Source: Deltaproteobacteria bacterium (lineage in GTDB: Bacteria > Desulfobacterota_D > UBA1144 > Nemesobacterales > UBA2774). Taken from it: 64,000 bases of DNA. Under the pieces are notes generated by a model. The model was given only the letters and a program-made list of their open reading frames with translations, made no database searches and was not told the origin of the DNA. The first letter of the stretch is position 1, and every line of letters starts with the position of its first letter. Location: the NCBI GenBank assembly GCA_029262275.1, contig JAJCZS010000033.1:2350-66349 (forward strand), written 5' to 3'. This document shows positions 20,066 through 30,067 of the stretch, piece by piece. Both the position numbers and the translations under genes were made by a program.

Positions 20066-21580
20066 TTAGCTTAGCAGTTTTTGGTATATATCTTTGTATG
20101 TTTTTCCTGACTTTCTCCAGGAGAAGTCATTTTTCATAGCTTTGGTTATTAACTTATCCCAAGATTTATTATCCTCGTATACTGAGATTGCTCTTAACAA
20201 AGCATCTAGAAGGCTTACCTTTGAGAATTCATGGAAAATAAACCCATTTCCATTCTTTTTATCCTGGTTATAGTCGACCACAGTATCAAGCAACCCCCCT
20301 GTTCCTCTAACTACAGGGATTGTGCCGTATCTAAGGGCTATTATCTGACTAAGCCCGCAAGGCTCAAAACGAGAAGGCATAACCAACATATCTGAGCCAG
20401 CATAAATTTTTCTCTCTAGTCCTTCACTAGGATTAATTGAGATAGTGAGATTCTTTCTAAACTTTCTATTTGCCCTCCTGACCATTTGCTCAAAACGCAG
20501 ATCTCCCGACCCTACTATTACAACTTGATACCCTAAATCAAAAATCTGAGGTAGTGAATCTAAAAGCAAATCCAGTCCCTTCTGTTCTGTAAGCTTAGAA
20601 ACAAAACACAAAAGAGGTAAATCTTCGCTTTCGTCTAGGTTAAGATCTCTCTTGAGATTAATGGTATTTATGCTTTTTGGGGCAATGTCCTTTGAACTGT
20701 ATTTCTTGTATATGTATTTGTCAGTCTCAGGATTCCAGAGTTCATAATCAATTCCATCTAAAATACCGATCAAATTATTGGACTTTCTGGACACCCATTT
20801 TAATACCGCATCCATTCCGTGGCCATATTCACGCTTTTTTATTTCCTCTGCAAATGTTGGGCTTACAGTTGTTACAAGATTAGAATAGAGGATGGCTCCC
20901 TTGAGCAGGTTAGCCTTGCCATATAACTCAAGCCCCTGTGCGGTAAATAGATAGGCCGGTATGCCAAATTTATCGAGGATTATTTTCTCAAACTGGCCCT
21001 GATATGAAATATTGTGGATAGTGAAAACTATCTTTGTCTCTTTAAAAAATTCGTCGTCTTTTAAATGTTTTCTCCAATTAAGACATATGGGTACAAATGC
21101 TGTCTGCCAGTCGTGGCAATGAATAATGTCTGGCTTGAAATTAAGAGATTTTGCTGCTTCTAGTGCTCCTAAAGAAAGAAAGCCAAACCTAAGATCATTA
21201 TCTTCAAACTCTCCCTTTGGTGTGGCATAGATTTGATCTCTGCCAAAATACTCATCATGTTCTAGTAAGTAAACTGTCACATCTTTATATTTGACCTCGT
21301 AGAGCTCTCCTTCTTCGGCAAGCCAATCTATACAAGTAATTACTCTTTTATCGAGCTTCTTGACCTTTAGTTTGAGATTCCGCAGATTCTTTTTAACTTG
21401 TTTATAGTAAGGTAGTATCACTCGCACATCACAGTCCATTCCCGCAAGTCTTCTAGAAAGCGTACCAATTACTTCCGCCAGCCCACCCACTTTTGCAAAA
21501 GGTTCCATTTCAGAAACTACGAAGAGAATCTTTAATTTATCCTTTTTTGCTTTTGAGACTTTTGATTTTGTGACCGCCAC
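20066..21580 (-). CDS. glgA: glycogen synthase
   Basis: KVGGL, HCHDWQ, FTIHN, PSRFEPCGLSQ. Confidence 0.93.
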   Translation of the reverse strand: MAVTKSKVSKAKKDKLKILFVVSEMEPFAKVGGLAEVIGTLSRRLAGMDCDVRVILPYYKQVKKNLRNLKLKVKKLDKRVITCIDWLAEEGELYEVKYKDVTVYLLEHDEYFGRDQIYATPKGEFEDNDLRFGFLSLGALEAAKSLNFKPDIIHCHDWQTAFVPICLNWRKHLKDDEFFKETKIVFTIHNISYQGQFEKIILDKFGIPAYLFTAQGLELYGKANLLKGAILYSNLVTTVSPTFAEEIKKREYGHGMDAVLKWVSRKSNNLIGILDGIDYELWNPETDKYIYKKYSSKDIAPKSINTINLKRDLNLDESEDLPLLCFVSKLTEQKGLDLLLDSLPQIFDLGYQVVIVGSGDLRFEQMVRRANRKFRKNLTISINPSEGLERKIYAGSDMLVMPSRFEPCGLSQIIALRYGTIPVVRGTGGLLDTVVDYNQDKKNGNGFIFHEFSKVSLLDALLRAISVYEDNKSWDKLITKAMKNDFSWRKSGKTYKDIYQKLLS

Positions 21581-21586
21581 TTTGCA

Positions 21587-22237
21587 CTACTCCTTGTTTA
21601 ATGCGGATACTCTCTCTACTACCTTCTTTGAATTCTCTACTACAGTATCGAATTTGATTTTTTTATCCACTGTAAGAAATGCGCTCGCAAGGCCTACTGC
21701 GCATGCTCCCGCAGCTAGATAATCCATAAAATTATCATAATTCACACCGCCCGTGGTCATTATCTGGGCAAATGGCAGTGGATCTTTAATTGCTTTTACG
21801 TATGAGGGACCGCCTACAGCACTTGCAGGAAATACTTTTACCATATCTACTCCTAGCTTCCATGCATTCACTATTTCTGATGATGTTAGCGCGCCTTGTA
21901 TGGTAGGCACGCGTTCGGCTTTTGCTAACTCTACAATTTCTTCATCTGTATGTGGAGAGACCAAAAAACTTGCACCAGCGTCAAGTGCCCTCTGTGCCAT
22001 TTTAACATCAAGCAATGTTCCCGCCCCTACAATAATATCATCTATTTTGCTAATCTCGGCTATTACCCTCTCTACTCTAGAGAATGAAAAGGTAATCTCA
22101 ATTATCTTAATTCCGCCCTCTATACAGCCCCTTGCAAATTCAAGAGCTTTATCCGGAGTCTCCGCCTTTATTACAGCTATAACCTTATTCTTTTTTATCT
22201 CTTCTAAAGTATTCACTTTGATTAAGTTAACAGACAT
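21587..22237 (-). CDS. eda: KDPG/KHG aldolase
   Basis: IEIT, VGAGT, FLVSP, VKVFPA, TGGV. Confidence 0.9.
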   Translation of the reverse strand: MSVNLIKVNTLEEIKKNKVIAVIKAETPDKALEFARGCIEGGIKIIEITFSFSRVERVIAEISKIDDIIVGAGTLLDVKMAQRALDAGASFLVSPHTDEEIVELAKAERVPTIQGALTSSEIVNAWKLGVDMVKVFPASAVGGPSYVKAIKDPLPFAQIMTTGGVNYDNFMDYLAAGACAVGLASAFLTVDKKIKFDTVVENSKKVVERVSALNKE

Positions 22238-22378
22238 CCGCTTATTGTTTCAAGTACATACAAAGAATTAGCTTCTATTATATGCTTTCAGAGCATAAAC
22301 AGGAGAAATTAAGTCTATAATTAAGCAAACATCCCATACTTGCTGGAACTTTATAGATTTATCGGATAAAATGTTGGT

Positions 22379-22825
22379 ATGGATAACAAGATTATTCAAG
22401 AAAGAGTGAACGAGTTTATAGAGCGCAGCAAAGATCTTGGGATTAAGGTTACCCCTCAGAGAACTGCCATATATAGGGAGCTTGCAAGTACAGACCAACA
22501 CCCTAGCACTGAGGTTATCTATAAAAAGATTAAGGATTACTATCCTAATATCTCGCTCACTACTGTTTATAGAACTTTAGAAACTTTTGAAAAGCTAGGT
22601 CTTATCTCAGTTGTGAATGTTCTATATAATGCTGCCCGTTATGATGCTAATCTCTCACCTCATCACCATATCGTATGTACTGAGTGCAAGAAGGTGGAAG
22701 ATGTGTACGATGAATCTCTTAATAACTTAGATGTATCCAATAAAACCTTGGGCGACTATACAGTCGAAGGCTACTCACTTCTTCTAAGCGGTAAATGCTC
22801 AAGCTGTAGTGCTAGAAACAATTAA
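22379..22825 (+). CDS. perR: Fur family regulator, PerR-like
   Basis: VTPQR, HPS, TTVYRTL, RYDAN..HHHIVCTEC, C-terminal CSSC. Confidence 0.85.
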   Translation: MDNKIIQERVNEFIERSKDLGIKVTPQRTAIYRELASTDQHPSTEVIYKKIKDYYPNISLTTVYRTLETFEKLGLISVVNVLYNAARYDANLSPHHHIVCTECKKVEDVYDESLNNLDVSNKTLGDYTVEGYSLLLSGKCSSCSARNN

Positions 22826-22866
22826 CTCTATCCCTTAGATTCACTCTTAAGTATAATTTCTTAATA

Positions 22867-23772
22867 ATGACATATAAACTACGCAAGGATTGCATGGGCT
22901 ATTCTTTGGCTTTGGAAATAACTAAAAATCGATATTTAGAATATAAAACTGCTGAAATTGTTTTAAGTAATTGCTTAGCGATAGAAGAAAAATATGAAAT
23001 GGTTCTATCTAATTATCTAGAATTTGAAAAGGAAGTTATAAATGCTTCTACATCAGATATGGTAAGAGAATACATCGAATATAAAGATAGGTTTGACGTC
23101 CGAATAGCACTTAACACTCGGCTTCTAAATTTGTTATCATCCGTTAGATTATATGCGGATCAGATAAGTCAGAATGTTAGTAAGATTGTTCCTGGACAAA
23201 TCAATATAAATAATGACGTTAAAGCTTTATTTTCTGAAGAGTATAATCAAAAATTTGAATTCCGTTTTATGGAAGCTTTAAGAAATTATACACAACATAA
23301 TGCAATGCCAATACACTTCGGGAAATTTTATAGAGAAAAAAAGTCTGTTGGAGAAGAAGATTTCTTTCAGTATTCGATAAATATTTATTCGCTAAAGTCT
23401 TATCTTAGTGAAGATGACACTTTTAAGAAAACAATTTTAGAAGAAATGGATGAAGAAATTAATCTTACTTTAGCTGCTAGATCTTATGTAGGGTCTATAA
23501 GTAATGTACATGATTCAATAAGAGGGATTGTTAAAGAAATTGTATTGCCTGCACGAGAATTACTAGAAAATGCACATAATGAATACTCGAAAGAGAGTGG
23601 AGAAGATAGTAACAAATATATAGGCCTTATAGCATATAAGGATGAGGGAATTCAGGAAATTGAACCTGTTAAATTATTATTAGATCGAGATGATATCCGC
23701 ATCAAACTACAAGAAAGAAACCGCAAAATTACAAATTTAGAGAAAAAATATGTTAGTGGAATAAGCAAGTAA
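22867..23772 (+). CDS. hypothetical protein with HEPN-like RNxxxH motif
   Basis: 301 aa; helical; FMEALRNYTQH; markedly AT-rich. Confidence 0.7.
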   Translation: MTYKLRKDCMGYSLALEITKNRYLEYKTAEIVLSNCLAIEEKYEMVLSNYLEFEKEVINASTSDMVREYIEYKDRFDVRIALNTRLLNLLSSVRLYADQISQNVSKIVPGQININNDVKALFSEEYNQKFEFRFMEALRNYTQHNAMPIHFGKFYREKKSVGEEDFFQYSINIYSLKSYLSEDDTFKKTILEEMDEEINLTLAARSYVGSISNVHDSIRGIVKEIVLPARELLENAHNEYSKESGEDSNKYIGLIAYKDEGIQEIEPVKLLLDRDDIRIKLQERNRKITNLEKKYVSGISK

Positions 23773-23821
23773 CAGAAAGATTAGTATTACAAATCAAGAT
23801 AAGTATAAAAAGAGGGATTCT

Positions 23822-25132
23822 ATGAGTATTCCCAAGGGACTTGATGTAGCACTTAATTTTGGATTTATGGACTCTATCTTCACCCGCAGATCCAGGCGTT
23901 TTGGTCTTGGGATGGAGATAAAGGAAGGAACCCTAAAACATAAATCGGCTCACAAGCCCGTGCCTCTTACAGAGCTAGAAGAAGCTTTTCTGATCTGGTC
24001 AGGCACTGGGATGACAGGGCTTTCCCTGGGAGATCTTCCAAGAACAGGGATATCATGGCTCTTTCAATGGACTGGAAGAAGCTGGCCATGCTCATGCAAC
24101 TCACATTCTACTGAGCTTTTTTATACTAACGATGACGGTGTCTATATGGTAAAGCTCCACGACGCAATGCCAGAGCCCGGAGAGACATCAATATTTCATG
24201 GAATATCTGAGGAAGAGAAACTTGAGAAGGTGCTTAAACTCTTTAGAGGCAGCCTAGTAAAACTTGAAGACGGTAGAGCTGATCTGCCCAAAGGAGAGCC
24301 TGGGCTATTTGATTTCAATGCCTGGAACTGTAACCAGCCTGGAACCTCGTTTTTTGTACCTGTAACAAATACAACAATTGAATATATGGTTCTACTCTTT
24401 ATATACTTTGGTGCAAAATATGCATTTAACATAGTGGATGAGCTAAATGGCGGCAGATCCTGTGGACTCGACAAATGGATTGAAAAAGGATATATCCGAA
24501 AAGACGTTGAGCTCTCACTTTTTGATCTGGAGCTAAGAGTACTTACAACACTCAACGTCGAGCAAGCCTTTATATGTCAGAACATGAATCTGGCGCTTCA
24601 AACACTTGGGCTTGGAGGATGGGCATTCACTGGGCTACTTCCCCATTATGCACTAGGTGTACATCCGGATTTCAAGGGACTAGGTTTTAGGTTTACTCAT
24701 CCTGAGAAAACACTCAGGAGCTCAAAACCACCCGTGCCAGTTGGACGAGACGGGGTCTTTGAAGCGCTGTGTCCACCATATGTAGATAATATGAGAGATG
24801 CTGTAGACAAATTCCTTGAGCAAAGAGGGCATTTTTGGGAAGAGGACAACCCCTACCCTTATCAAGACCCCCAAGGTGTGCTCGAGGACGAATATCATCC
24901 AAGCGAGGTAAGGATCGAGATAGTTAAGGATTTCTGCACTTATGTCTTTGAGAACTATGGACGCTTCCCTGCTTTTTTAGATCCTATGTTTGCCAGGCTC
25001 GTGTTTCAAGCCCACCATCTGGACTTGGATTTTTATGATAAATACTACAACGAAGGTGCTTATACAGAAGTTCATAAAAATCACTTTCATCTCTGGCATC
25101 CAGATATGGACGATCCTTTTGATAAAAAGTAA
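23822..25132 (+). CDS. large nitroreductase-fold protein of unknown function
   Basis: RRSRRF FMN-phosphate-type motif; QNMNLALQTLGLGGW matches the QNL.LAA.ALGLG motif. Confidence 0.7.
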   Translation: MSIPKGLDVALNFGFMDSIFTRRSRRFGLGMEIKEGTLKHKSAHKPVPLTELEEAFLIWSGTGMTGLSLGDLPRTGISWLFQWTGRSWPCSCNSHSTELFYTNDDGVYMVKLHDAMPEPGETSIFHGISEEEKLEKVLKLFRGSLVKLEDGRADLPKGEPGLFDFNAWNCNQPGTSFFVPVTNTTIEYMVLLFIYFGAKYAFNIVDELNGGRSCGLDKWIEKGYIRKDVELSLFDLELRVLTTLNVEQAFICQNMNLALQTLGLGGWAFTGLLPHYALGVHPDFKGLGFRFTHPEKTLRSSKPPVPVGRDGVFEALCPPYVDNMRDAVDKFLEQRGHFWEEDNPYPYQDPQGVLEDEYHPSEVRIEIVKDFCTYVFENYGRFPAFLDPMFARLVFQAHHLDLDFYDKYYNEGAYTEVHKNHFHLWHPDMDDPFDKK

Positions 25133-25442
25133 TCTTGGACTAAAACACTATCTTGACTCTAAAGCATTGTATTAATGGGTAAAATGGTTTAGTCTTATCT
25201 CAGAAAAACAATTGAAATAATATATGGTATGGAACAGGTAAAAACATAAAGCAGCACTATGAAGTAATAGATTTAACTGAAGTCTTCTTATTTAATTCTT
25301 CTTTATGCCCTCTTAATCCTTCAAACACTTTGAACGATTCTGATGAGATGTGGAGAAGTATATTAAAATCTACTTATGAGCTGCACACTCACAAAACTTG
25401 TGAAATCACATTTCTAAGTCTACATAAACCTAAGGGGTATAT

Positions 25443-27056
25443 ATGCGAAAACTGAGAGTAGGAATTATTGATTTTATTACTAAATCTCCAAACAAATCAA
25501 TCTGGGCACGCATGATGCATGCAAATCTAGCGGGACTTATGCCCCAAGTTGTTGCTGTCTGGTGTGAGGAGATGGGTCATGATGTTCAATTATTTTCATT
25601 TACAGGATGCGAAGAACTAAAAACAGATACCCCTAAAGATATTGATATCGTTTTCATTAGCGCTTTTACTCAATCCGCAATACAAGCATATGCACTTAGC
25701 AATTTATATCGTTCACAAGGAATTATAACAGTTCTAGGCGGCCCTCACGCGCGTTGTTACCCTGAGGATGCTCAAAAATATTTTGATTATGTTCTTGGGC
25801 TTACAGATAAAGAAACTATTAGAGAAGTCTTAGAAGAACGTACCCCAAGTATAGAGCTTGGAAGATGTATTTCTGCCGCGCAGCAGCCGACATACCTGCC
25901 AGGAATACGTGAGCGCTGGAAATATATTGAGTTTGCTCTTAGAAAAGCACCTTGGGTAAAGATGGTTCCAATGATAGGAAGCCTGGGATGTCCATATACT
26001 TGCAGTTTTTGTATAGATGCAGACGTAGCTTATCAACCACTTGAGTTTGAAGCTATGAAAGAGGATTTGAAATTTGTCAGAACTAAATACAAGCGCCCTG
26101 TTGTTAGCTGGTATGATCCTAATTTCGGGGTTAGATTCGATGATTATATGAACGTTATTGAAGAGGCTGTTCCTATGAACAGTATAGACTTCATAGCAGA
26201 GAGCAGTCTTTCGCTTTTATCAGAGCCACACTTAAAACGCCTACAAGCCAATGGATTTAAGGCTATTTTACCAGGAATCGAATCTTGGTATGATATGGCC
26301 AATAAGTCTAAAACTGGCAAAAAACAAGGTATGGATAAGGTTGAAGTTGTCTCTGAGCATGTAAACATGATTCTCAGATACCTACCTTATATACAAACTA
26401 ACTTTGTTCTTGGACTAGATTGCGACGATGGACCAGACTCCTTTGAGTTAACTAAAAAGTTTGTAGATATGTCCCCTGCTGCATTTCCAGCCTTCCCTCT
26501 TTTAACATCATTTGGGGAAGCAGCTCCATTAAATCTTCAATATCAGGGAGAGGGAAGAGTACTTCCATTTCCGTTTCACTTCCTAAACAATAACCACGCC
26601 ATGAATGTTAGGCCTGTTAATAGTAGCTGGCCTGTAATGTATGACCGTATTATTAGCCTTGTAGAACATTCTTTTTCTTGGTCGGCAATTTGGAATAGGT
26701 TCATAGAAACTAAAACAACTTTTCCAAAGGCTCTCAATTTTGTTCGTGCTGTCTCCACTGAGGGGTTTGGCAGAATGAAATTCTATAGAGAAATTAGAAG
26801 ACGTCTAGACGAGGACAGACAGTTTAGAGATTTCTTTGAAGGTGAGACAACTGTTGTTCCTGAGTTCTATATTGATCTTATGAAAAAAGACCTTGGACCG
26901 CTATGGGAGTGGCTGCCTGAGGGAGCTATCTATCACGATCAAAACGCATATTATAAGAAAGATATGGAAAGAAAAAGAAAGATAGCCGAGGAAAAAACAG
27001 TAGAGGCACCTCTTGATAAAAAAGTTGCACAAGCTACTCAAAGGATTTCTGCTTGA
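25443..27056 (+). CDS. B12-binding domain radical SAM protein
   Basis: VLGGPHA cobalamin-domain motif; GCPYTCSFC; GIES; FVLGLD. Confidence 0.88.
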   Translation: MRKLRVGIIDFITKSPNKSIWARMMHANLAGLMPQVVAVWCEEMGHDVQLFSFTGCEELKTDTPKDIDIVFISAFTQSAIQAYALSNLYRSQGIITVLGGPHARCYPEDAQKYFDYVLGLTDKETIREVLEERTPSIELGRCISAAQQPTYLPGIRERWKYIEFALRKAPWVKMVPMIGSLGCPYTCSFCIDADVAYQPLEFEAMKEDLKFVRTKYKRPVVSWYDPNFGVRFDDYMNVIEEAVPMNSIDFIAESSLSLLSEPHLKRLQANGFKAILPGIESWYDMANKSKTGKKQGMDKVEVVSEHVNMILRYLPYIQTNFVLGLDCDDGPDSFELTKKFVDMSPAAFPAFPLLTSFGEAAPLNLQYQGEGRVLPFPFHFLNNNHAMNVRPVNSSWPVMYDRIISLVEHSFSWSAIWNRFIETKTTFPKALNFVRAVSTEGFGRMKFYREIRRRLDEDRQFRDFFEGETTVVPEFYIDLMKKDLGPLWEWLPEGAIYHDQNAYYKKDMERKRKIAEEKTVEAPLDKKVAQATQRISA

Positions 27057-27066
27057 TAATTCGGCA

Positions 27067-28110
27067 CTAAGTGCTGAGTTGTTTATCTATAACTAAGACC
27101 TTAGCACCTTTAATCTTGCCCTCTTTTAATTCACATATAGCCTTATTTGCGTCTTCTAAGGAGTATTCTTCTATCTCAGGTTTAATAGGTATCTGAGAGG
27201 CTAGTGCAAGAAACTCCTTAACATCGGCTCTACTTACATTTGCTACACTCTTTATCTCTTTTTCCATCCATAGATCTCTGGAGTAGTCGATATTAAGAAG
27301 GGCTTCTTTATCAACCCCCTCTTTTCTAATCGCATTTATAACCAGCCGACCCTCAGTATTTAGATTTTTAAGAGCCTCTACAACAGGTTTCCATACCGGG
27401 GTTGTATCAATTATCGCATCTAACCTCTTAGGTGCTAATTCATCTGTGTTGCCTGCCCAGAGGGCTCCAAGATCTTTTGAGAACTCTCTTTCTTTCTCGC
27501 TTCTAGCAAATACATAAACATTGGAATTAGGATAGAGGTATTTTGCCATTTTAATCACCAAATGTGCCGATGCTCCAAACCCAGTGAGGCCTAAGCTTTG
27601 ACCGTCCCTTATTCCTGCTAGTCTTAATGATCTATATCCAATTGCTCCTGCACAAAGAAGTGGCGCTGCCTCGCTATCTGTAAACACCTCCGGGATTTTA
27701 TAGGCGAAGTCTTGAGAAACTGCAATATACTCTGCATATCCTCCGTTATGGTCCCGGCCGGTTGCCTGAAAATCAGGACACAAGTTGTCATTTCCTTCTT
27801 TGCAGTATCGACACTCACCGCAGGTGGAATATATCCATGCTACCCCTACTCTATCACCTACACTAAAGTTGCTTGAGCCACCTCCCACCTCTTCAACTAC
27901 ACCCACGACCTGGTGCCCAAGCACTGTAGGAAATTCCGGCGGCGGTGTGCGACCTTCTATTTCATCAAGCTCAGTATGACAAACACCGCAGACTGAAATA
28001 TGGATCAGAATTTCACCAATTTTCGGAACTGGTTTTGGAATTTCAGTTAATTTAAGGGGTGACTTGTTATTATTGAGATCGGTTATGTTCTCTAAGATCA
28101 TAGCTTTCAT
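27067..28110 (-). CDS. zinc-dependent alcohol dehydrogenase family protein
   Basis: CGVCHTE, LGHQVVG, CGECRYC..C, GFGASA. Confidence 0.92.
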   Translation of the reverse strand: MKAMILENITDLNNNKSPLKLTEIPKPVPKIGEILIHISVCGVCHTELDEIEGRTPPPEFPTVLGHQVVGVVEEVGGGSSNFSVGDRVGVAWIYSTCGECRYCKEGNDNLCPDFQATGRDHNGGYAEYIAVSQDFAYKIPEVFTDSEAAPLLCAGAIGYRSLRLAGIRDGQSLGLTGFGASAHLVIKMAKYLYPNSNVYVFARSEKEREFSKDLGALWAGNTDELAPKRLDAIIDTTPVWKPVVEALKNLNTEGRLVINAIRKEGVDKEALLNIDYSRDLWMEKEIKSVANVSRADVKEFLALASQIPIKPEIEEYSLEDANKAICELKEGKIKGAKVLVIDKQLST

Positions 28111-28219
28111 AATGTTTATAAACCTTCTCTTTAGAATCTGATATATTGTTATTATATCGTGGATTAGAAAATAATAAGTGATTTTCTCTCTTGTGTAGTA
28201 AACTATAGTAGCAATACTA

Positions 28220-28234
28220 TTATACTAATTACAA
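28220..28234 (+). promoter_or_regulatory. Per/Fur-box-like site over the -10 of the usp-usp-VIT1 operon
   Basis: TTATACT-A-ATTACAA vs Per box TTATAAT-N-ATTATAA (12/14). Confidence 0.35.
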
Positions 28235-28252
28235 TTTAGGAGGAGTTATCAG

Positions 28253-29122
28253 TTGATTAAAAAAATTCTATGGGCTTCAGACGGCTCACCAGATTCATTA
28301 GATGCTCTTGATTACGTTAGAGACATTGCTAATACATGCAAAGCAGAAACTGTAGGTTTATACGTAATTCCAGACTATTTTGAAGTTGATGTTAAAGACC
28401 AGTTTCCTGAGCAAGAATATGATCTTATCGCTAAATGGATTAAAGAAACCGAATCTAAAGAAAGTGATAGACTAAATGACATAGCACGTGAATTTGAGTC
28501 TAAAGGTCTTAGTTTTAAAACTCAGATTGTCCAGGGTGTTCCGCACCTTCAAATTATACAAGCAGCAGAGGAAGCAGGGGCAGACCTGATAGTTCTAGGA
28601 AAGGGAAGAGCTCAAGAAAAAGTACTCCTTGGAGCCACCGCTTTGAAAGTAATAAGACGCTCTCCCATACCTGTGATGGTAGCTAGAAAAAAAGAAGGCC
28701 CACTTAGAATTAAAAACATACTTGTCCCTACAGATCTTTTTAATATTGCTTCCAGAGACTTACTGCTTTCAACAGGGCTAGCCGAGTATTTAGATCTAGA
28801 TATAACAAGTCTAAATATTGTAGAAATAGGCAACAAAAAATATCCTCCAGAAGTGGTTGAACGCCTGCGTGGTAATTCATACAATAACCTTACCAAAAAA
28901 GTAAACGAAGCTAATCTTGGTATCAAAGTAAACACTGTTGTTAAGACGGGAAAAAATGCTTGCAAAGGTATAATCACATATGCCTCAGAAAATGATATAG
29001 ATATTATTTTTATGAATACCTACGGCGGCGGTGAATTCCGGAGAGAAGAATTTATTGGCAGTGTGGCGGAAAGAGTTATACAAGAGGCACCCTGCCCTGT
29101 AATTACAGTTAAGCCTGAATAA
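28253..29122 (+). CDS. universal stress protein (tandem USP domains)
   Basis: KILWASDGS, ADLIVLG, IGSVAERVIQEAPCPV; TTG start with AGGAGG. Confidence 0.92.
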   Translation: MIKKILWASDGSPDSLDALDYVRDIANTCKAETVGLYVIPDYFEVDVKDQFPEQEYDLIAKWIKETESKESDRLNDIAREFESKGLSFKTQIVQGVPHLQIIQAAEEAGADLIVLGKGRAQEKVLLGATALKVIRRSPIPVMVARKKEGPLRIKNILVPTDLFNIASRDLLLSTGLAEYLDLDITSLNIVEIGNKKYPPEVVERLRGNSYNNLTKKVNEANLGIKVNTVVKTGKNACKGIITYASENDIDIIFMNTYGGGEFRREEFIGSVAERVIQEAPCPVITVKPE

Positions 29123-29147
29123 AAAACATTTTACAGGAGGCAGCATA

Positions 29148-30056
29148 ATGAAAAAAATACTTTGGGCAACAGATGGTTCTCCAGAAGCAGAGAAGTCTTT
29201 TGAATATGCAAAGTATTTAGCCATCAAATCAAAAGCGGAAATACTTGGTGTACACGTTGTTCCTCTGCCTGTAGAATTGCTCTATGAGAATCTTAGAAAA
29301 GCTAATGACCATATAGATACATGGAGATTAAATATTGAGAATAGTGCTGCCGATAGGTTTGAGAAAATTTCAAAAGAGCTAGACAAAGTAGGTGTTCAAT
29401 TTGACGGAGTCATTCTCAAAGGTAGACCAAGTGATAAAATTAGAGAGATAGCAAAAAGAAAGAAAGCTGACTTAGTAGTATTGGGTAAACATGGCCATGG
29501 TTTTTTTGAATCTATGGTGGCAGGAAGTGAAACTATTAAAGTTCTTAAAGGCTCTCATATTCCTGTTTTAGCTGTTAAAAGTAAAAACAAAAAAGATAGA
29601 GCTGAATTTAAGAATATATTAGTTCCGATTGATCTTACAGAATGCAGTGATTCGGCAGTTCTCTATGCTTTAAACATTGCACAGCTCACTGGGGCAAGAG
29701 TTAGAGTCGTATATATCCTCAGGTTAGATATGTACGCTCAAGATATACCTTCTGGGGCCTTAGAGATGGTTATTGAACAATCAGAGAAAGCTTTGGATAA
29801 AAGAGTAGCTAAAATCAAAAAAACTTATGAGAAGAGAAAGAGTGCATCAAAAAATATAAAAATCACTCATGAAGTTACGCATGGGATGACTGAGGCTGCT
29901 ACAATCTCACAATATGCGCAGAAACACAATACAGATCTTATAGTAATACACACACATGGTAGAGCTGGAATAAAACGTTTTCTACTTGGAAGTGTAACGG
30001 AGAGAGTGATTTCTAGCTCTAAATGTTCTGTCTTGGCTATGAGACCAGAAGAATAG
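29148..30056 (+). CDS. universal stress protein (tandem USP domains)
   Basis: KILWATDGS, DLVVLGKHG, LLGSVTERV. Confidence 0.92.
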   Translation: MKKILWATDGSPEAEKSFEYAKYLAIKSKAEILGVHVVPLPVELLYENLRKANDHIDTWRLNIENSAADRFEKISKELDKVGVQFDGVILKGRPSDKIREIAKRKKADLVVLGKHGHGFFESMVAGSETIKVLKGSHIPVLAVKSKNKKDRAEFKNILVPIDLTECSDSAVLYALNIAQLTGARVRVVYILRLDMYAQDIPSGALEMVIEQSEKALDKRVAKIKKTYEKRKSASKNIKITHEVTHGMTEAATISQYAQKHNTDLIVIHTHGRAGIKRFLLGSVTERVISSSKCSVLAMRPEE

Positions 30057-30067
30057 ATCTTTAGACA

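Noticed and set aside
22826-23821. Mobile element around the AT-rich HEPN-like gene
   Set aside because: No transposase or integrase, and no terminal inverted repeats or target duplication were seen.
25133-25442. Cobalamin riboswitch before the B12 radical SAM gene
   Set aside because: No B12-box or GGGAA/GCCACTG-type conserved elements; the region is AT-rich.
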